From a virus (lineage: Duplodnaviria; Caudoviricetes), in IMG/VR virus record IMGVR_UViG_3300019742_000001: a stretch of 64,000 nt of DNA; one strand, 5' to 3'. Within the stretch, counting starts at the first letter, position 1. Every line of letters begins with the position of its first letter. The notes under the pieces are model-generated. The model did not search any database. It worked only from the letters and a program-made list of their open reading frames with translations, and was not told where the DNA came from. Shown piece by piece: positions 1 to 9,922 of the stretch. The position numbers were made by a program, and so were the translations under genes.

Positions 1-1054
1 TATTTAATTGTTCTTTGAACCAAATAACTGATACTCGGCTCACTAGAGGAAAGATCTGTTTGGGAACTAACCCTTGATTTCTCATTTCATCTGATTCTTC
101 TTTGATGATATCACTGTTAACTTTCTTTAAGAACTTCCCTACATCTTCAATGTCTAATAGTTCTTGGTTCTTTTCTTCCTGAACTTCTTTATACATCTGT
201 TCTAGTCGCCACGCTCTGCAGCAATACTCTGTCACAAAATCCTGTTTCTTCTGTTCTAATACATCATCAACAGGTTTTAGTGTTTTGACCTTACTTGAAC
301 TATGTTTTCCCCCTTTCACTTTAAACTTGTATACTTCACCATTAAATTCAAATGTGTATACATATCCTTCTAATGTATTATTCTCCACACCAAATGTATT
401 ACCAACAGGTGAATCGGATTCATTTTTTTCTAAGTTATTCAACATCTTATTGATACTTCTTTTTGGTTCATTAAAGTTAATCAATGTACTGACACTTGGA
501 AAATTGGTGATGTTCCACATCTGATTTTCTTGACTGTCAATCCATGTACTGTTGTACTTTGTTTCTACCCATGTATTCACACTGTCTTCGGTGGGTTCAA
601 TGTCATAAATCTTACAGTGACGGAAAATCATTAACTTTTTTCCTAATCCACTTACCGCAGATTTCTTTTGGATACTACCACCACACCACTCACCATAGAT
701 AATGATACCTTTGGACTCTAAATCTACACTGTACTGGACACTAAGTGATTTAATCATATCAATCATCACTTCTTGAATTCCTTCACAGTAGAACGCAAAT
801 CCATAGTGATCTTCTTCAACAGATAAAATACGTTTTTTACTCTGACACCAAAACCCATCCTTTTCATTAAAACTAAATCCTACATTAGTGCCGTGGATCT
901 TCTCTGTTCCGATGCAACTGATAATAGGTAATGGGTCGGTTGAGTATTTGACTTTCCCTTTCTCATCAAGACCTGTGTATCTTGCCTTATGAGTTACATC
1001 TTTTACAATTTGTTGGAAACTTTTAATACTTCCATAATTGATTAATCGTTTCAT
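1..1054 (-). CDS. RNA ligase, Rnl2 family (runs off the left edge of the window)
   Basis: Hand-translated, absent from the ORF track: MKRLINYGSIKSFQQIVK...TEKIHGTNVG (motif I)...IYGEWCG (III)...LEGYVY (IV)...FKVKG (V); AAGGAG RBS upstream. Confidence 0.85.
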   Translation of the reverse strand, partial: MKRLINYGSIKSFQQIVKDVTHKARYTGLDEKGKVKYSTDPLPIISCIGTEKIHGTNVGFSFNEKDGFWCQSKKRILSVEEDHYGFAFYCEGIQEVMIDMIKSLSVQYSVDLESKGIIIYGEWCGGSIQKKSAVSGLGKKLMIFRHCKIYDIEPTEDSVNTWVETKYNSTWIDSQENQMWNITNFPSVSTLINFNEPKRSINKMLNNLEKNESDSPVGNTFGVENNTLEGYVYTFEFNGEVYKFKVKGGKHSSSKVKTLKPVDDVLEQKKQDFVTEYCCRAWRLEQMYKEVQEEKNQELLDIEDVGKFLKKVNSDIIKEESDEMRNQGLVPKQIFPLVSRVSVIWFKEQLN

Positions 1055-1067
1055 TTATATCTCCTTA

Positions 1068-1244
1068 TTAAAGTGTGTCACCAATCCGAGTTTTCTTGAT
1101 TTTACCACAAATTTCACACTTCTGAACAAAAATTATTGATTCTGGTGTATTCTTGTATTCACTTACAACCTTAATTCTTTCGATGATTTCATATTTACAC
1201 AAATGAGTGTCACCAAATATTAACCATTTAAGTAATCTTATCAT
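1068..1244 (-). CDS. small hypothetical protein with CxxC (58 aa)
   Basis: Hand-translated MIRLLKWLIFGD...QKCEICGKIKK; ATG overlaps the upstream stop. Confidence 0.6.
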   Translation of the reverse strand: MIRLLKWLIFGDTHLCKYEIIERIKVVSEYKNTPESIIFVQKCEICGKIKKTRIGDTL

Positions 1245-1624
1245 TAGTACCTCTTATTCCACATTTTAGTTGTATATTCTTTTGCACGTTCCACGAATTC
1301 CTCACCGTAACGATAATCAATAAAATCATCCGATATTCGTTCTTCAATAGTCATAATATCACTGATTTGAACACATGACTGTGCCATTCCACACTGTTCA
1401 CACACAATTTCATACTGTGTGCCGTCACCAGATGGGTATTCTGGAACGGTATTACAAAATGGACATCCCAATAACCCTGTTTTGTCTTCATTCTCGTACC
1501 CATGAGAATGTTTCATTGATAAATCGTAGATTGTTCTGATATTAATGAAATGGTCACCTTCATCCATCATTAATAACCGACAAGTATTCTTAATCATTGA
1601 CATATCTTTTCTGATTTCAGACAT
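1244..1624 (-). CDS. Lar-like zinc-ribbon protein
   Basis: GCPFCN...IVCEQCG...MWNKR pattern typical of Lar restriction-alleviation-like proteins. Confidence 0.5.
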   Translation of the reverse strand: MSEIRKDMSMIKNTCRLLMMDEGDHFINIRTIYDLSMKHSHGYENEDKTGLLGCPFCNTVPEYPSGDGTQYEIVCEQCGMAQSCVQISDIMTIEERISDDFIDYRYGEEFVERAKEYTTKMWNKRY

Positions 1625-1830
1625 TATAATGCCACCTCTTTCTTTAATACTTCGGTTTCTACCAATTTATATGTCTTCTCATACATAACACAGGTAGTAC
1701 CATCATTTGAATACAATTTCATTGACTCAAAGTAATCTTCAACCTCATTTTTATCTGGTGATTTGATAAAATTTGTATACAAACCATCACTTTTCAAAAC
1801 ACCAGCCTCATATATTACAATTGTTTCCAT
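1624..1830 (-). CDS. hypothetical protein
   Basis: Coupled stop/start in a co-oriented run. Confidence 0.65.
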   Translation of the reverse strand: METIVIYEAGVLKSDGLYTNFIKSPDKNEVEDYFESMKLYSNDGTTCVMYEKTYKLVETEVLKKEVAL

Positions 1831-2087
1831 TATTTCCCCTTTAATTTGAATGTAACATAACCCAAATTGTGATTGAAATATTTAATCACATCAGGGTGTA
1901 ATGTTGCCGCAATACAACTACCAGCAACCCGACATCTATACTGTTTTCGTGGATCTTTGATAGATAAATTAAAAAAATCACATTGACGACACTCTTCTTT
2001 TACTTTTAACGACAATATGACTTCTTTGAACCTACCATTCTCAAATCTACATAATGTTTCTTTTAATGTTTCCGTCACCATATACAA
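1830..2087 (-). CDS. hypothetical Cys-rich protein
   Basis: CRQCDFF...CRVAGSC; coupled. Confidence 0.65.
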   Translation of the reverse strand: MYMVTETLKETLCRFENGRFKEVILSLKVKEECRQCDFFNLSIKDPRKQYRCRVAGSCIAATLHPDVIKYFNHNLGYVTFKLKGK

Positions 2088-2335
2088 ACCAAACGAATTG
2101 TTACATAAATAACCGCACAGATGCCTACAATGATGGCTACTTCTTTCCTTGCATCATCAAGACCACGATAATATGACTCTCTCACTTCTTTCTCTTGAGG
2201 TGTTTTACATGTATGAATATCCAAATCTCTTAATATTCTCTCAAAACTAGGCATTTTATTCCTTTCGTTGTTTATTTTTCCAATATCAAGAGTATATTCC
2301 TTTTTCTTGTGTGTTGTCAACAAAAAGACCCCCAA
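2075..2335 (-). CDS. hypothetical protein with C-terminal hydrophobic segment
   Basis: ORF in run; true start may be downstream (MPSFE). Confidence 0.55.
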   Translation of the reverse strand: MGVFLLTTHKKKEYTLDIGKINNERNKMPSFERILRDLDIHTCKTPQEKEVRESYYRGLDDARKEVAIIVGICAVIYVTIRLVCIW

Positions 2336-2381
2336 ACATACCTCATTTGGGGGTTAAAAACCGATTCACTACTATTTTTGT

Positions 2382-2795
2382 TTATTTGGATTCTAATTCT
2401 TTTACTTTTCGTAGATTTGACAACACAGACTTGTATACTGCCGCATGTGCAAGTGTCCATTCAAACATTTCATCCTCATCGTCACCACTTAATTGAAGAT
2501 TTGCCTGCATTTTGGAGTATTCTCGACACTTAGACTCCAACCATGACTCAAAGCTATCCCTATCAACAACTTCTGCCTGTAACATAAATGGATTTTTGGT
2601 AAGACCATCCATCATTTGATCAACAGACATCATCCCAGCATCTTTCATTTGTTCATCAATTGATTTCTTAGGGATTTGACAAGATTTACGAAGAACTTCC
2701 CACTCTTCTCTTGTAATACTGGAACGAGATACATCAATTGTGTTTCCAGAGGTGAACTTTAGTTCCATACTCTCTATAACATCATTTATTTCCAT
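2382..2795 (-). CDS. hypothetical protein
   Basis: 137 aa ORF in co-oriented run. Confidence 0.7.
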   Translation of the reverse strand: MEINDVIESMELKFTSGNTIDVSRSSITREEWEVLRKSCQIPKKSIDEQMKDAGMMSVDQMMDGLTKNPFMLQAEVVDRDSFESWLESKCREYSKMQANLQLSGDDEDEMFEWTLAHAAVYKSVLSNLRKVKELESK

Positions 2796-3006
2796 TAGTT
2801 TTTGCCTTCTCTAATATAGATTTGACGATTAACATACATTTCTCACAAGTAACAGTGTCAGTTGTAGTTTCAATGTACAATAATTGGGTTTGTTCAGTGT
2901 AAAACTCTACACCACACAAACAATGAGACAATCTGTTCAATGGATGTTCATAATGTACCACATTTTCGTGGGTTTTACTGTGCAATTTGACTTTTCTCAT
3001 CAACAA
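2782..3006 (-). CDS. hypothetical Zn-finger-like protein
   Basis: HCLCG...VTCEKC. Confidence 0.6.
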   Translation of the reverse strand: MLMRKVKLHSKTHENVVHYEHPLNRLSHCLCGVEFYTEQTQLLYIETTTDTVTCEKCMLIVKSILEKAKTNGNK

Positions 3007-3206
3007 TTACCCCCAAATTTAACATTAACTGTTTTTACTTTCTTAAATCCATTCTTTTTCAGTTCTTTGATGTATTTCTCAACATCTTCTGTTTTATTGG
3101 TGTTTTCACATCTATCAAATGGAGGAATCGGACCTTCTCCACACCAAATAGAGTCAGTTTGTTGTATATCAAAGTCACCATACACCATAATCTCTACAAA
3201 TACCAT
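3000..3206 (-). CDS. hypothetical protein
   Basis: Coupled ORF. Confidence 0.6.
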   Translation of the reverse strand: MVFVEIMVYGDFDIQQTDSIWCGEGPIPPFDRCENTNKTEDVEKYIKELKKNGFKKVKTVNVKFGGNC

Positions 3207-3397
3207 TATATAAGTTCCTTAATTACTATTCGCAAGACCTTTTTAAGATCTCTTAGTGTATCAACATCATCCAAATATGCCAATAAATCCTCTTTTGCGA
3301 TTTGTCGTTGAGCATCTTTTAATGAACAGTGGTGTTTTTGTATGTATACCATTATCCGTTCTTGTTTTGATGGTAGTTTTGATTCAATTTTTGACAT
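3206..3397 (-). CDS. hypothetical protein
   Basis: Coupled ORF. Confidence 0.6.
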   Translation of the reverse strand: MSKIESKLPSKQERIMVYIQKHHCSLKDAQRQIAKEDLLAYLDDVDTLRDLKKVLRIVIKELI

Positions 3398-3591
3398 TAA
3401 ACAGCCTCAAATTTCGTCTCAAACTCGGACATCTCTAGGATACCAAAAACAATATCTTCATCTTGACCAGCATCAACAAGACATGCCTCTTCGATTGTTG
3501 TACATCCCTCATAATGATCCAAATCTACATCATATTCAACTGTAATTGTCAATCTAATTCTTCCGTCTGCCATTTTATTTCTCCTATTCAA
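3397..3591 (-). CDS. hypothetical protein
   Basis: Coupled ORF. Confidence 0.6.
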   Translation of the reverse strand: MNRRNKMADGRIRLTITVEYDVDLDHYEGCTTIEEACLVDAGQDEDIVFGILEMSEFETKFEAV

Positions 3592-3820
3592 TACCCATTA
3601 TTTTAAGTTGTTCTTCAACATAAGATTCCAACATTTTCAGGTTATCTTTGCCTGTTACTTCATCATTAACATCTAATTTACCAAGAACGATTAAGATACC
3701 GTGAATAACCAATTCAGATCGTAACAGAACATCCAATTTATCATACTCTGAACTTTCTGTGTATCCACCACTCATCTTAGTTATGATTTGACTTATAATT
3801 TCTTTTGTGTTTTCTGACAT
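3584..3820 (-). CDS. hypothetical protein
   Basis: Coupled ORF. Confidence 0.6.
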   Translation of the reverse strand: MSENTKEIISQIITKMSGGYTESSEYDKLDVLLRSELVIHGILIVLGKLDVNDEVTGKDNLKMLESYVEEQLKIMGIE

Positions 3821-3821
3821 A

Positions 3822-4244
3822 TTATCCTCTCAATTCATTTACTAATTTTTCCAACCAATTGACATAAGTCTCACCATCAACACGATTTTTAAGATACTCA
3901 TCTGATAATGAATTACTCTCGACAAGTTCTAATCCAATATCGATATCATCGTGATCTAAATACAAAGATGAAATCTCTTCTGTCTCTGTATAAACCTCAA
4001 AATATTTTAATGTAGGGTTATGGTCTGAATCATACCAGTTCGGTAATGCAGTAGAATGGTTATGATCAATATATTTTGTACCATCTAATACAACCTCATA
4101 ACACTCACCATCATCACGGGCAAATGATACCTCAACGATCATACCTTTGTCACCAAAAATACCATCCTCATAGATACCTTTTTTCGTTTTACATAATATC
4201 TTGTTACCACCTTCTAATAAACTATGTAATTCATTTCCTGTCAT
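3822..4244 (-). CDS. hypothetical protein
   Basis: 140 aa ORF with RBS. Confidence 0.7.
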   Translation of the reverse strand: MTGNELHSLLEGGNKILCKTKKGIYEDGIFGDKGMIVEVSFARDDGECYEVVLDGTKYIDHNHSTALPNWYDSDHNPTLKYFEVYTETEEISSLYLDHDDIDIGLELVESNSLSDEYLKNRVDGETYVNWLEKLVNELRG

Positions 4245-4642
4245 TTGATTTCCTTTTCTTGTAGATAGTCAAAAACCACTTTTGCAAATCGTTCTGGATC
4301 TATAAGTTCTGAATTTAAAAAACTGTTAATAATCTTTCCTGTGTATGCCTCTCGGTAATGATACCCATATTGTGATAAAAAATCTTGTTTGTATTTACTG
4401 GCAAATAATCGTTCCTTGAGTTTACCAAATCCTTTCCATGTATAAAAATCGTTGTGGAACATAAAGTTCACTACATCCTCAGATGTTTCAAGCTCTAATT
4501 CTTCACCACAATCTTTACATTTCCACAGACTAACCTTTCTAGCCTTAAACTCACACCATGTTTCACTGCCTTTAATTGGTTCAAATGTATGCCAACACTC
4601 ACCAAGAACCTTTGTTAATCCTTTATTGATTACTTCTTGCAT
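4241..4642 (-). CDS. hypothetical protein
   Basis: CWH...CKDCG; GGAG RBS. Confidence 0.7.
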   Translation of the reverse strand: MQEVINKGLTKVLGECWHTFEPIKGSETWCEFKARKVSLWKCKDCGEELELETSEDVVNFMFHNDFYTWKGFGKLKERLFASKYKQDFLSQYGYHYREAYTGKIINSFLNSELIDPERFAKVVFDYLQEKEIK

Positions 4643-4725
4643 ATCATTCTCTCCCTTGTTTTAAATGTAATTAAACAATACACCAATTATACCTCACTGT
4701 CACTAAAAAACGATCCACTTTCTTA

Positions 4726-4754
4726 TTGACTATCTATCCATAATATCGTATCCT
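4726..4754 (+). promoter_or_regulatory. sigma70-like promoter for the + strand island
   Basis: TTGACT-17 nt-TATCCT. Confidence 0.5.
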
Positions 4755-4795
4755 CTCCTTACATTACTATAACTCTATTGAAAGGATTACCATAT

Positions 4796-4996
4796 ATGTT
4801 ATCAAATGAAACTGTTCGTGCTCTTGCTACTGCTCTCCGTTACTATGTACTATATGAAAGATCTAATCCAGAAGTCGGTATGGGTCCATCATTACCATGT
4901 CAAACCTCTGATATTCTTATTACTTCACAAATTGATGACACTAACGAAAATCGAACTCAAGTCATGACGGCTTATAATGAAAGATGGTCACGATGA
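4796..4996 (+). CDS. hypothetical protein
   Basis: AAGGA RBS before ATG 4796; stop overlaps the next ATG (ATGA). Confidence 0.5.
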   Translation: MLSNETVRALATALRYYVLYERSNPEVGMGPSLPCQTSDILITSQIDDTNENRTQVMTAYNERWSR

Positions 4997-5250
4997 ACAA
5001 ATTTAAAGTAGGGGATATCGTAAAAGTTAAACAGAATCTTACTGAGGTTGAGGGCAAATTTGGTGTCATTGACCGTATGAGAGAAATGTCTGGAAATACA
5101 TTTACTATATCTGAAGTGGTTGAACATTTTAACCCTCCAAGTAAATGCTCATATTCTTTAGATGGAGTGTCAAATCTTGGTTGGTACGATGAGTGGTTAG
5201 AACTATATGTTGAACCTGTCAAACTACCAGAGGATCTTTTTATATTATGA
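4993..5250 (+). CDS. small SH3/KOW-like protein with DLF tail
   Basis: MNKFKVGDIV...KLPEDLFIL*; start reassigned to the ATGA overlap. Confidence 0.8.
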   Translation: MNKFKVGDIVKVKQNLTEVEGKFGVIDRMREMSGNTFTISEVVEHFNPPSKCSYSLDGVSNLGWYDEWLELYVEPVKLPEDLFIL

Positions 5251-5501
5251 ACAACTTTAAAGTAGGGGATAAAGTTTGTGTCAAGACAGATTATACAAAT
5301 GAATATATGAATCCTAATAGTAGCCAATATAATAAAGAAAATAGTTTTCTGACTCATCACGGTCAACACCCATTCTATACCATATCTAGTATATCTGATT
5401 GTGGTAATTTTATTAGATTCAATGACTATGATAATGGATGGTCTAAAATCGTTTTTGAGTTATATAAAGAAACTTTTGATGAGGAGCTTTTTCATGTATA
5501 A
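5247..5501 (+). CDS. small protein with DLF tail
   Basis: MNNFKVGDKV...FDEELFHV*. Confidence 0.8.
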   Translation: MNNFKVGDKVCVKTDYTNEYMNPNSSQYNKENSFLTHHGQHPFYTISSISDCGNFIRFNDYDNGWSKIVFELYKETFDEELFHV

Positions 5502-5787
5502 AGTCGGTGATAAAATTAAAATTAAATCTTATAAAGAAATACATTCTCTATTGGAATTCGATAGTGACGGTGACGGTTTTACTAATACCATTCATTTTAA
5601 TGAAGAAAGAATGAAGAATGCCTGTGGTAAGACATTAACAATCATTAAAATAAGACCTTCTCCTGATGACCCTAATATTATATTATATGTTGCTCCAGTA
5701 AATGGTGATGAGTGGTGTTGGATTAAAGAATGGATCGAACCTTTTATCGAACCTGTTAAACTACCAGAGGATTTATTCATATTATGA
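5494..5787 (+). CDS. small protein with DLF tail
   Basis: MYKVGDKIK...KLPEDLFIL*; start reassigned from 5401. Confidence 0.8.
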   Translation: MYKVGDKIKIKSYKEIHSLLEFDSDGDGFTNTIHFNEERMKNACGKTLTIIKIRPSPDDPNIILYVAPVNGDEWCWIKEWIEPFIEPVKLPEDLFIL

Positions 5788-6008
5788 TATTCAAAAAAGG
5801 GGATGTAGTTGTGATTGACGAAAATACCAAATATGGTTTTTATAAAATGAAACTTAATCATCTTGTGGGTAAACCTCCGTATACCATATACAGTATATCA
5901 GAGAATGACCGTATCAAATTCTCTAAATTCGGTGACTCTTATCCTAATGACATGTTTGTATCATGCACTCAACCGATTCAACTTGATGATGACCTTTTTC
6001 AAATTTGA
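5784..6008 (+). CDS. small protein with DLF tail
   Basis: MIFKKGDVV...LDDDLFQI*. Confidence 0.8.
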   Translation: MIFKKGDVVVIDENTKYGFYKMKLNHLVGKPPYTIYSISENDRIKFSKFGDSYPNDMFVSCTQPIQLDDDLFQI

Positions 6009-6599
6009 CCATTAATACCTCTAAGGTTTCAACGTTTCCGGATACATATAAAAATACCCCTATAACTCATTCTATAGGGGTATCTCTCTCTATCTTTCTA
6101 ATATCATCTGTTTCTCTACTTCCGATTCTCGTTCATAATACTTTATCATATATGTTAATTCGGCATCTGTCTTTGAATAATCCCCTTCATCCAAATCCTT
6201 CTCTTTCTTTCTCAATATACTTATCTCTGAATCCAGTATAATGTCTCCTGCGCCCAGTTCTCTCAATCTATCAATCCGTTTCTTACGATTCTCTATATTT
6301 TCTTCACACTCTTGTTTTGTCGGTTTAGGAACTTCTGTAAATTCCTCTCCCATTAATTCTTTCCGACGTAACATTGCCTTCTCTCCTTGTTCTCTATACT
6401 CTTCCATATAGGCTTTCTCATCTTCATTAAACCGTTCAATGTCTTCTTGTAAATCTCGTGATGTAAATAACATTTCTTCTCTCCTTTAGGGTTATATTCA
6501 ATATCACTATCATACCACATATACCTCTAAGATTCCAACGTTTCCGGATATTCTCTCGTTTGACCATTTATACCCTAAAGGTTTCAACGTTTCCGGATA
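6004..6599 (+). repeat. direct repeat family with core CAACGTTTCCGGATA (6004-6044, 6521-6550, 6559-6599)
   Basis: Copies 1 and 3 match at 37/41 nt; copy 2 is a 30-nt partial copy. Confidence 0.9.
6090..6473 (-). CDS. hypothetical charged helical protein
   Basis: 127 aa; AAGGAG RBS; flanked by the direct repeats. Confidence 0.7.
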   Translation of the reverse strand: MLFTSRDLQEDIERFNEDEKAYMEEYREQGEKAMLRRKELMGEEFTEVPKPTKQECEENIENRKKRIDRLRELGAGDIILDSEISILRKKEKDLDEGDYSKTDAELTYMIKYYERESEVEKQMILER

Positions 6600-7781
6600 T
6601 ACCACATATGGTCTTTACGTCCCCGGATTATTAACATATTTCTATTTTTTTCTTCTTTCCTGTGTGTCGGTAAGATAACATACCTTTCTACCCTCCGTTA
6701 CCCTTTATCTCCCTTTTCAACCCCCCATACCCTCTCTATTCCTCTATAACTCCTATTCCTCTATAAATCCTATACTCTTTTACCCTCTATTCCCCCTATA
6801 TATCCTATACCTTATGTGGTATTCAAGGGATTTTGACCTTCATATCAATATACCTTCCGTTACTCAGTGTATAAGTTACTCAATTAGTTATATTTCACTC
6901 TTTTTACATCAATTCTGACAGGTTTTGTTCAAAAAAATTCTGTACACTAAAAATTCAGTCGGGTCTTTTTTTATCCCAAAAAGTTTTTCAAGTCAACTTT
7001 GTCAGGTTTGATTCTTAAAAATTACATAAGCAATGCACTATAGTTAAGGTATCCATTTAATTAAAAACTTTTTACACGGTTGACTTTTCACCTCACAGAA
7101 TCCTAATGTATATACTCTAATGAACACACACTAACTAATCTTCTCTCTCTAATCTTCTAATGTTTCTTTATTAATGCAATTATAATACTAATAGGCCATA
7201 ATAACATATTACTAATGAATACAATACTAATCATTAGAATTCCACAATTATTCGGGTAAACTCTGGTCTGCATAACTGAACAAAATATTCCCCATAATAT
7301 ACCAATAATAATATATACTACCATATCTGTTAATCTCCTTTTATATTTTCTAATTATATTTATCTTGTAGTGAATATGACTATATGGTATAATGGACTTG
7401 ACGACACAAAACTATATTCTAATGATAATATTTTTAATTATTAATTCTAATCTTAGTGTACAAATGACTCTCTACCATATGTGATGTCAAGTAAAAACTT
7501 ATCAACATATATGAAATGAGATATGTCTATAGTTAATTACCACATAAGGGGTGATGTAAGTATCTGTATTGATTAGGCATTATAATGAGTTAATGTAGTC
7601 AAAGTTTACATAATATACATTATACGACTTAAAATTTTCTAATTGTGGATAAGTTTTTGCTTGACATTTGGAATAATACACATATGGTATAACAGTTTTA
7701 TGTCGTCAATTCCATTATACCATATGACCCCATTATACACAAGATATAATTTAATACCATATGTGGTTACTGTAATAACGG

Positions 7782-8690
7782 TTACCCACGAACACATTCA
7801 GTCATCCATTCCTTTATATAATCTTCATCTGTTTTGTAATCTGACACATCAAGGAATATTGGATAACAATCACTTGGTGCATTATCATTTATACTATCTA
7901 ATACTACCATATCAAGTATATTTCCTCTACACTCTAATGTGAATTGCCTACCGTCTATTGATTTCTTTACTTTCATTACTTTATCCTTATGATACCCTAC
8001 AAACATTCTTACATATTTCTTATATAACTCATTATCATATAAGGTAGTCATATTAGATGTTTCCTGATCTACAACACTTATTACACTATTTTCATTAATT
8101 GGGGTAGTCACATTAGATGTTCCTTGATCTACAACACTTATTACACCATTTCTTAGTTTTTCACGATAACATACACCACATCTTGATCCTTTTCTCCAAT
8201 TATTATACAAAGTTTCAAAGATATGACCATTTGGACATCTCAACTTTAACTTCGTTCGTGCATTCCTATACCCTTCTATCAGTTCATACCCTTCCACTCT
8301 TATTATGTCTGATATTTCTCTTGACTTCTCTTCATTAATAGGTTTAGTGGTGGGTTCTTTTCTCACATATGGTATTGAGTCTGATTGTTGTTTCACTACC
8401 ACATAACCGCTCTTCCCACCTGTAGTCATATTATATCCATTGGGGTAGAGTGTACCTTTTAGTTCAATATAATATGATTCTAATACTTCCGCTTCTTCCT
8501 CTGTTATACCACTGACTAATATTTTCCATTCAAAATCATCCCAATTTTCACTTAGTGCTTGGGATATGGGTGTGGTAGTAGAGTTAATACTACTCCTATG
8601 GGAATTTTTTCTCTGTTCAAAGTTATTACACATTCCCACATAACCCTTACCATTAATGGTATTTGTTGCCTTGTATACTTGATATTTCAT
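7782..8690 (-). CDS. free-standing GIY-YIG homing endonuclease with C-terminal Zn-ribbon
   Basis: YQVYKATNTINGKGYVG...QRKNSH...EAEVLE...GYNMTTGG; CPNGH...CGVC. Confidence 0.85.
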   Translation of the reverse strand: MKYQVYKATNTINGKGYVGMCNNFEQRKNSHRSSINSTTTPISQALSENWDDFEWKILVSGITEEEAEVLESYYIELKGTLYPNGYNMTTGGKSGYVVVKQQSDSIPYVRKEPTTKPINEEKSREISDIIRVEGYELIEGYRNARTKLKLRCPNGHIFETLYNNWRKGSRCGVCYREKLRNGVISVVDQGTSNVTTPINENSVISVVDQETSNMTTLYDNELYKKYVRMFVGYHKDKVMKVKKSIDGRQFTLECRGNILDMVVLDSINDNAPSDCYPIFLDVSDYKTDEDYIKEWMTECVRG

Positions 8691-8724
8691 ATTTATCCTC
8701 CTGTAATAAAGTGTTATACATTAG

Positions 8725-8732
8725 TATTTATA
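8725..8732 (-). promoter_or_regulatory. T4-type late promoter TATAAATA
   Basis: Exact match 35 nt upstream of the GIY-YIG start. Confidence 0.6.
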
Positions 8733-8757
8733 CATTTATTACATTTATTACATTTAT
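8731..8757 (+). repeat. 9-bp tandem repeat TACATTTAT x3
   Basis: Seen directly. Confidence 0.9.
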
Positions 8758-9617
8758 TACACCTGATTATTATACTATATGTGATATGGTGTTGTAAATC
8801 AGTATTTATGTGATATGACTACCCTACCATATGTGATATACCCTTGTCAATCATTAGAATTGTCTATATTAGTGACATTTTCCTTGATTTTAGGTGTAAC
8901 TTGTGAGTTGGGTACTACATTCATCACATTTGTCATCGTAAATTAGAAGTTTTTTATTAATTAACCCTCTTTTTTCTCCTCAATTTTCATTTGTCAACTT
9001 TATCCGGAATTTTTCATTAAAAGGGTGCAAGTTGTCTAAGGTCATTATGCACATTAAGAAGATAGACACAAAAACCTATTGGTATCAAAGGGATTACAAA
9101 TTTATCATTAAAATATCAATAAAAAAGGTATTGGTATCAAAGGAATAAAAGGTATCAGCAAAAATTTTCAAAAGGGTTAAAATAGAGAAATGAAGTGAAT
9201 CCAATGAGTTATGTGGTATTACTACCTATGTAAAAGGTGTATATTTGTGTCAATTATTCCCTAAAATATCAATGATAAAAAGATCAATCATATCAATCAG
9301 TTAGAAGGGATCAAATAGTATAGGAGAAGTGAGAGGAATAGGAGATGAATAGGGTAATGATACTAAGTAGTTATAGAGGTATACTCTTTTTGTGTGTTCT
9401 ACCCCTATGATATCCACCTTACCTGTGTATAATCTAGTGTAATATGTGTGTTCCTACCCTATAATATATGTAAACTAATTAAATAACGTGTGATAATGAT
9501 GATTTATTAATGAGAAATATGTTAGAGGTTGATATAGATTAAATGAAGAGAAAAGTTGTTTTATGTTAATTTTTGAGAACAGTTGATATGTATGTTGTTA
9601 TATTGTTTAATCATTGT

Positions 9618-9920
9618 TTATACCTCAAAGAGATCATTGGGTAGATTGTTAATAGAAGGATCAATGAGAATGGTAGCATATTCATCGTAGTTGAGTGAGT
9701 GTTGTTGATGATCTTTGAAACGATTGTGATCAATGGATGTATGTTCAGTAGGATGTACAACTTTCATATTAATTAAGTCATATTCATATTTAGCGTTAGA
9801 TAATTGAATGATAGCATTGAAAGGGATTCTGTTGTTATCTTCGGAGTTATGAATAGTGACGAGAGTTCCAATAGGGAGATATTGTAATAGTTTTTTATTA
9901 TATTGTTGTTTCATGGTCAT
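9618..9920 (-). CDS. DLF-tail protein, subfamily I (PIGTxVTIHNS)
   Basis: Ends LPNDLFEV*. Confidence 0.85.
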   Translation of the reverse strand: MTMKQQYNKKLLQYLPIGTLVTIHNSEDNNRIPFNAIIQLSNAKYEYDLINMKVVHPTEHTSIDHNRFKDHQQHSLNYDEYATILIDPSINNLPNDLFEV

Positions 9921-9922
9921 GT

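Larger units (their letters stand above)
6480..9617. other. long AT-rich, largely non-coding region (origin/regulatory candidate) interrupted by a GIY-YIG gene
   Basis: No convincing ORF apart from 7782-8690; repeated 10-mer ACCATATGTG; CT-rich left and AG-rich right flanks. Confidence 0.5.
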
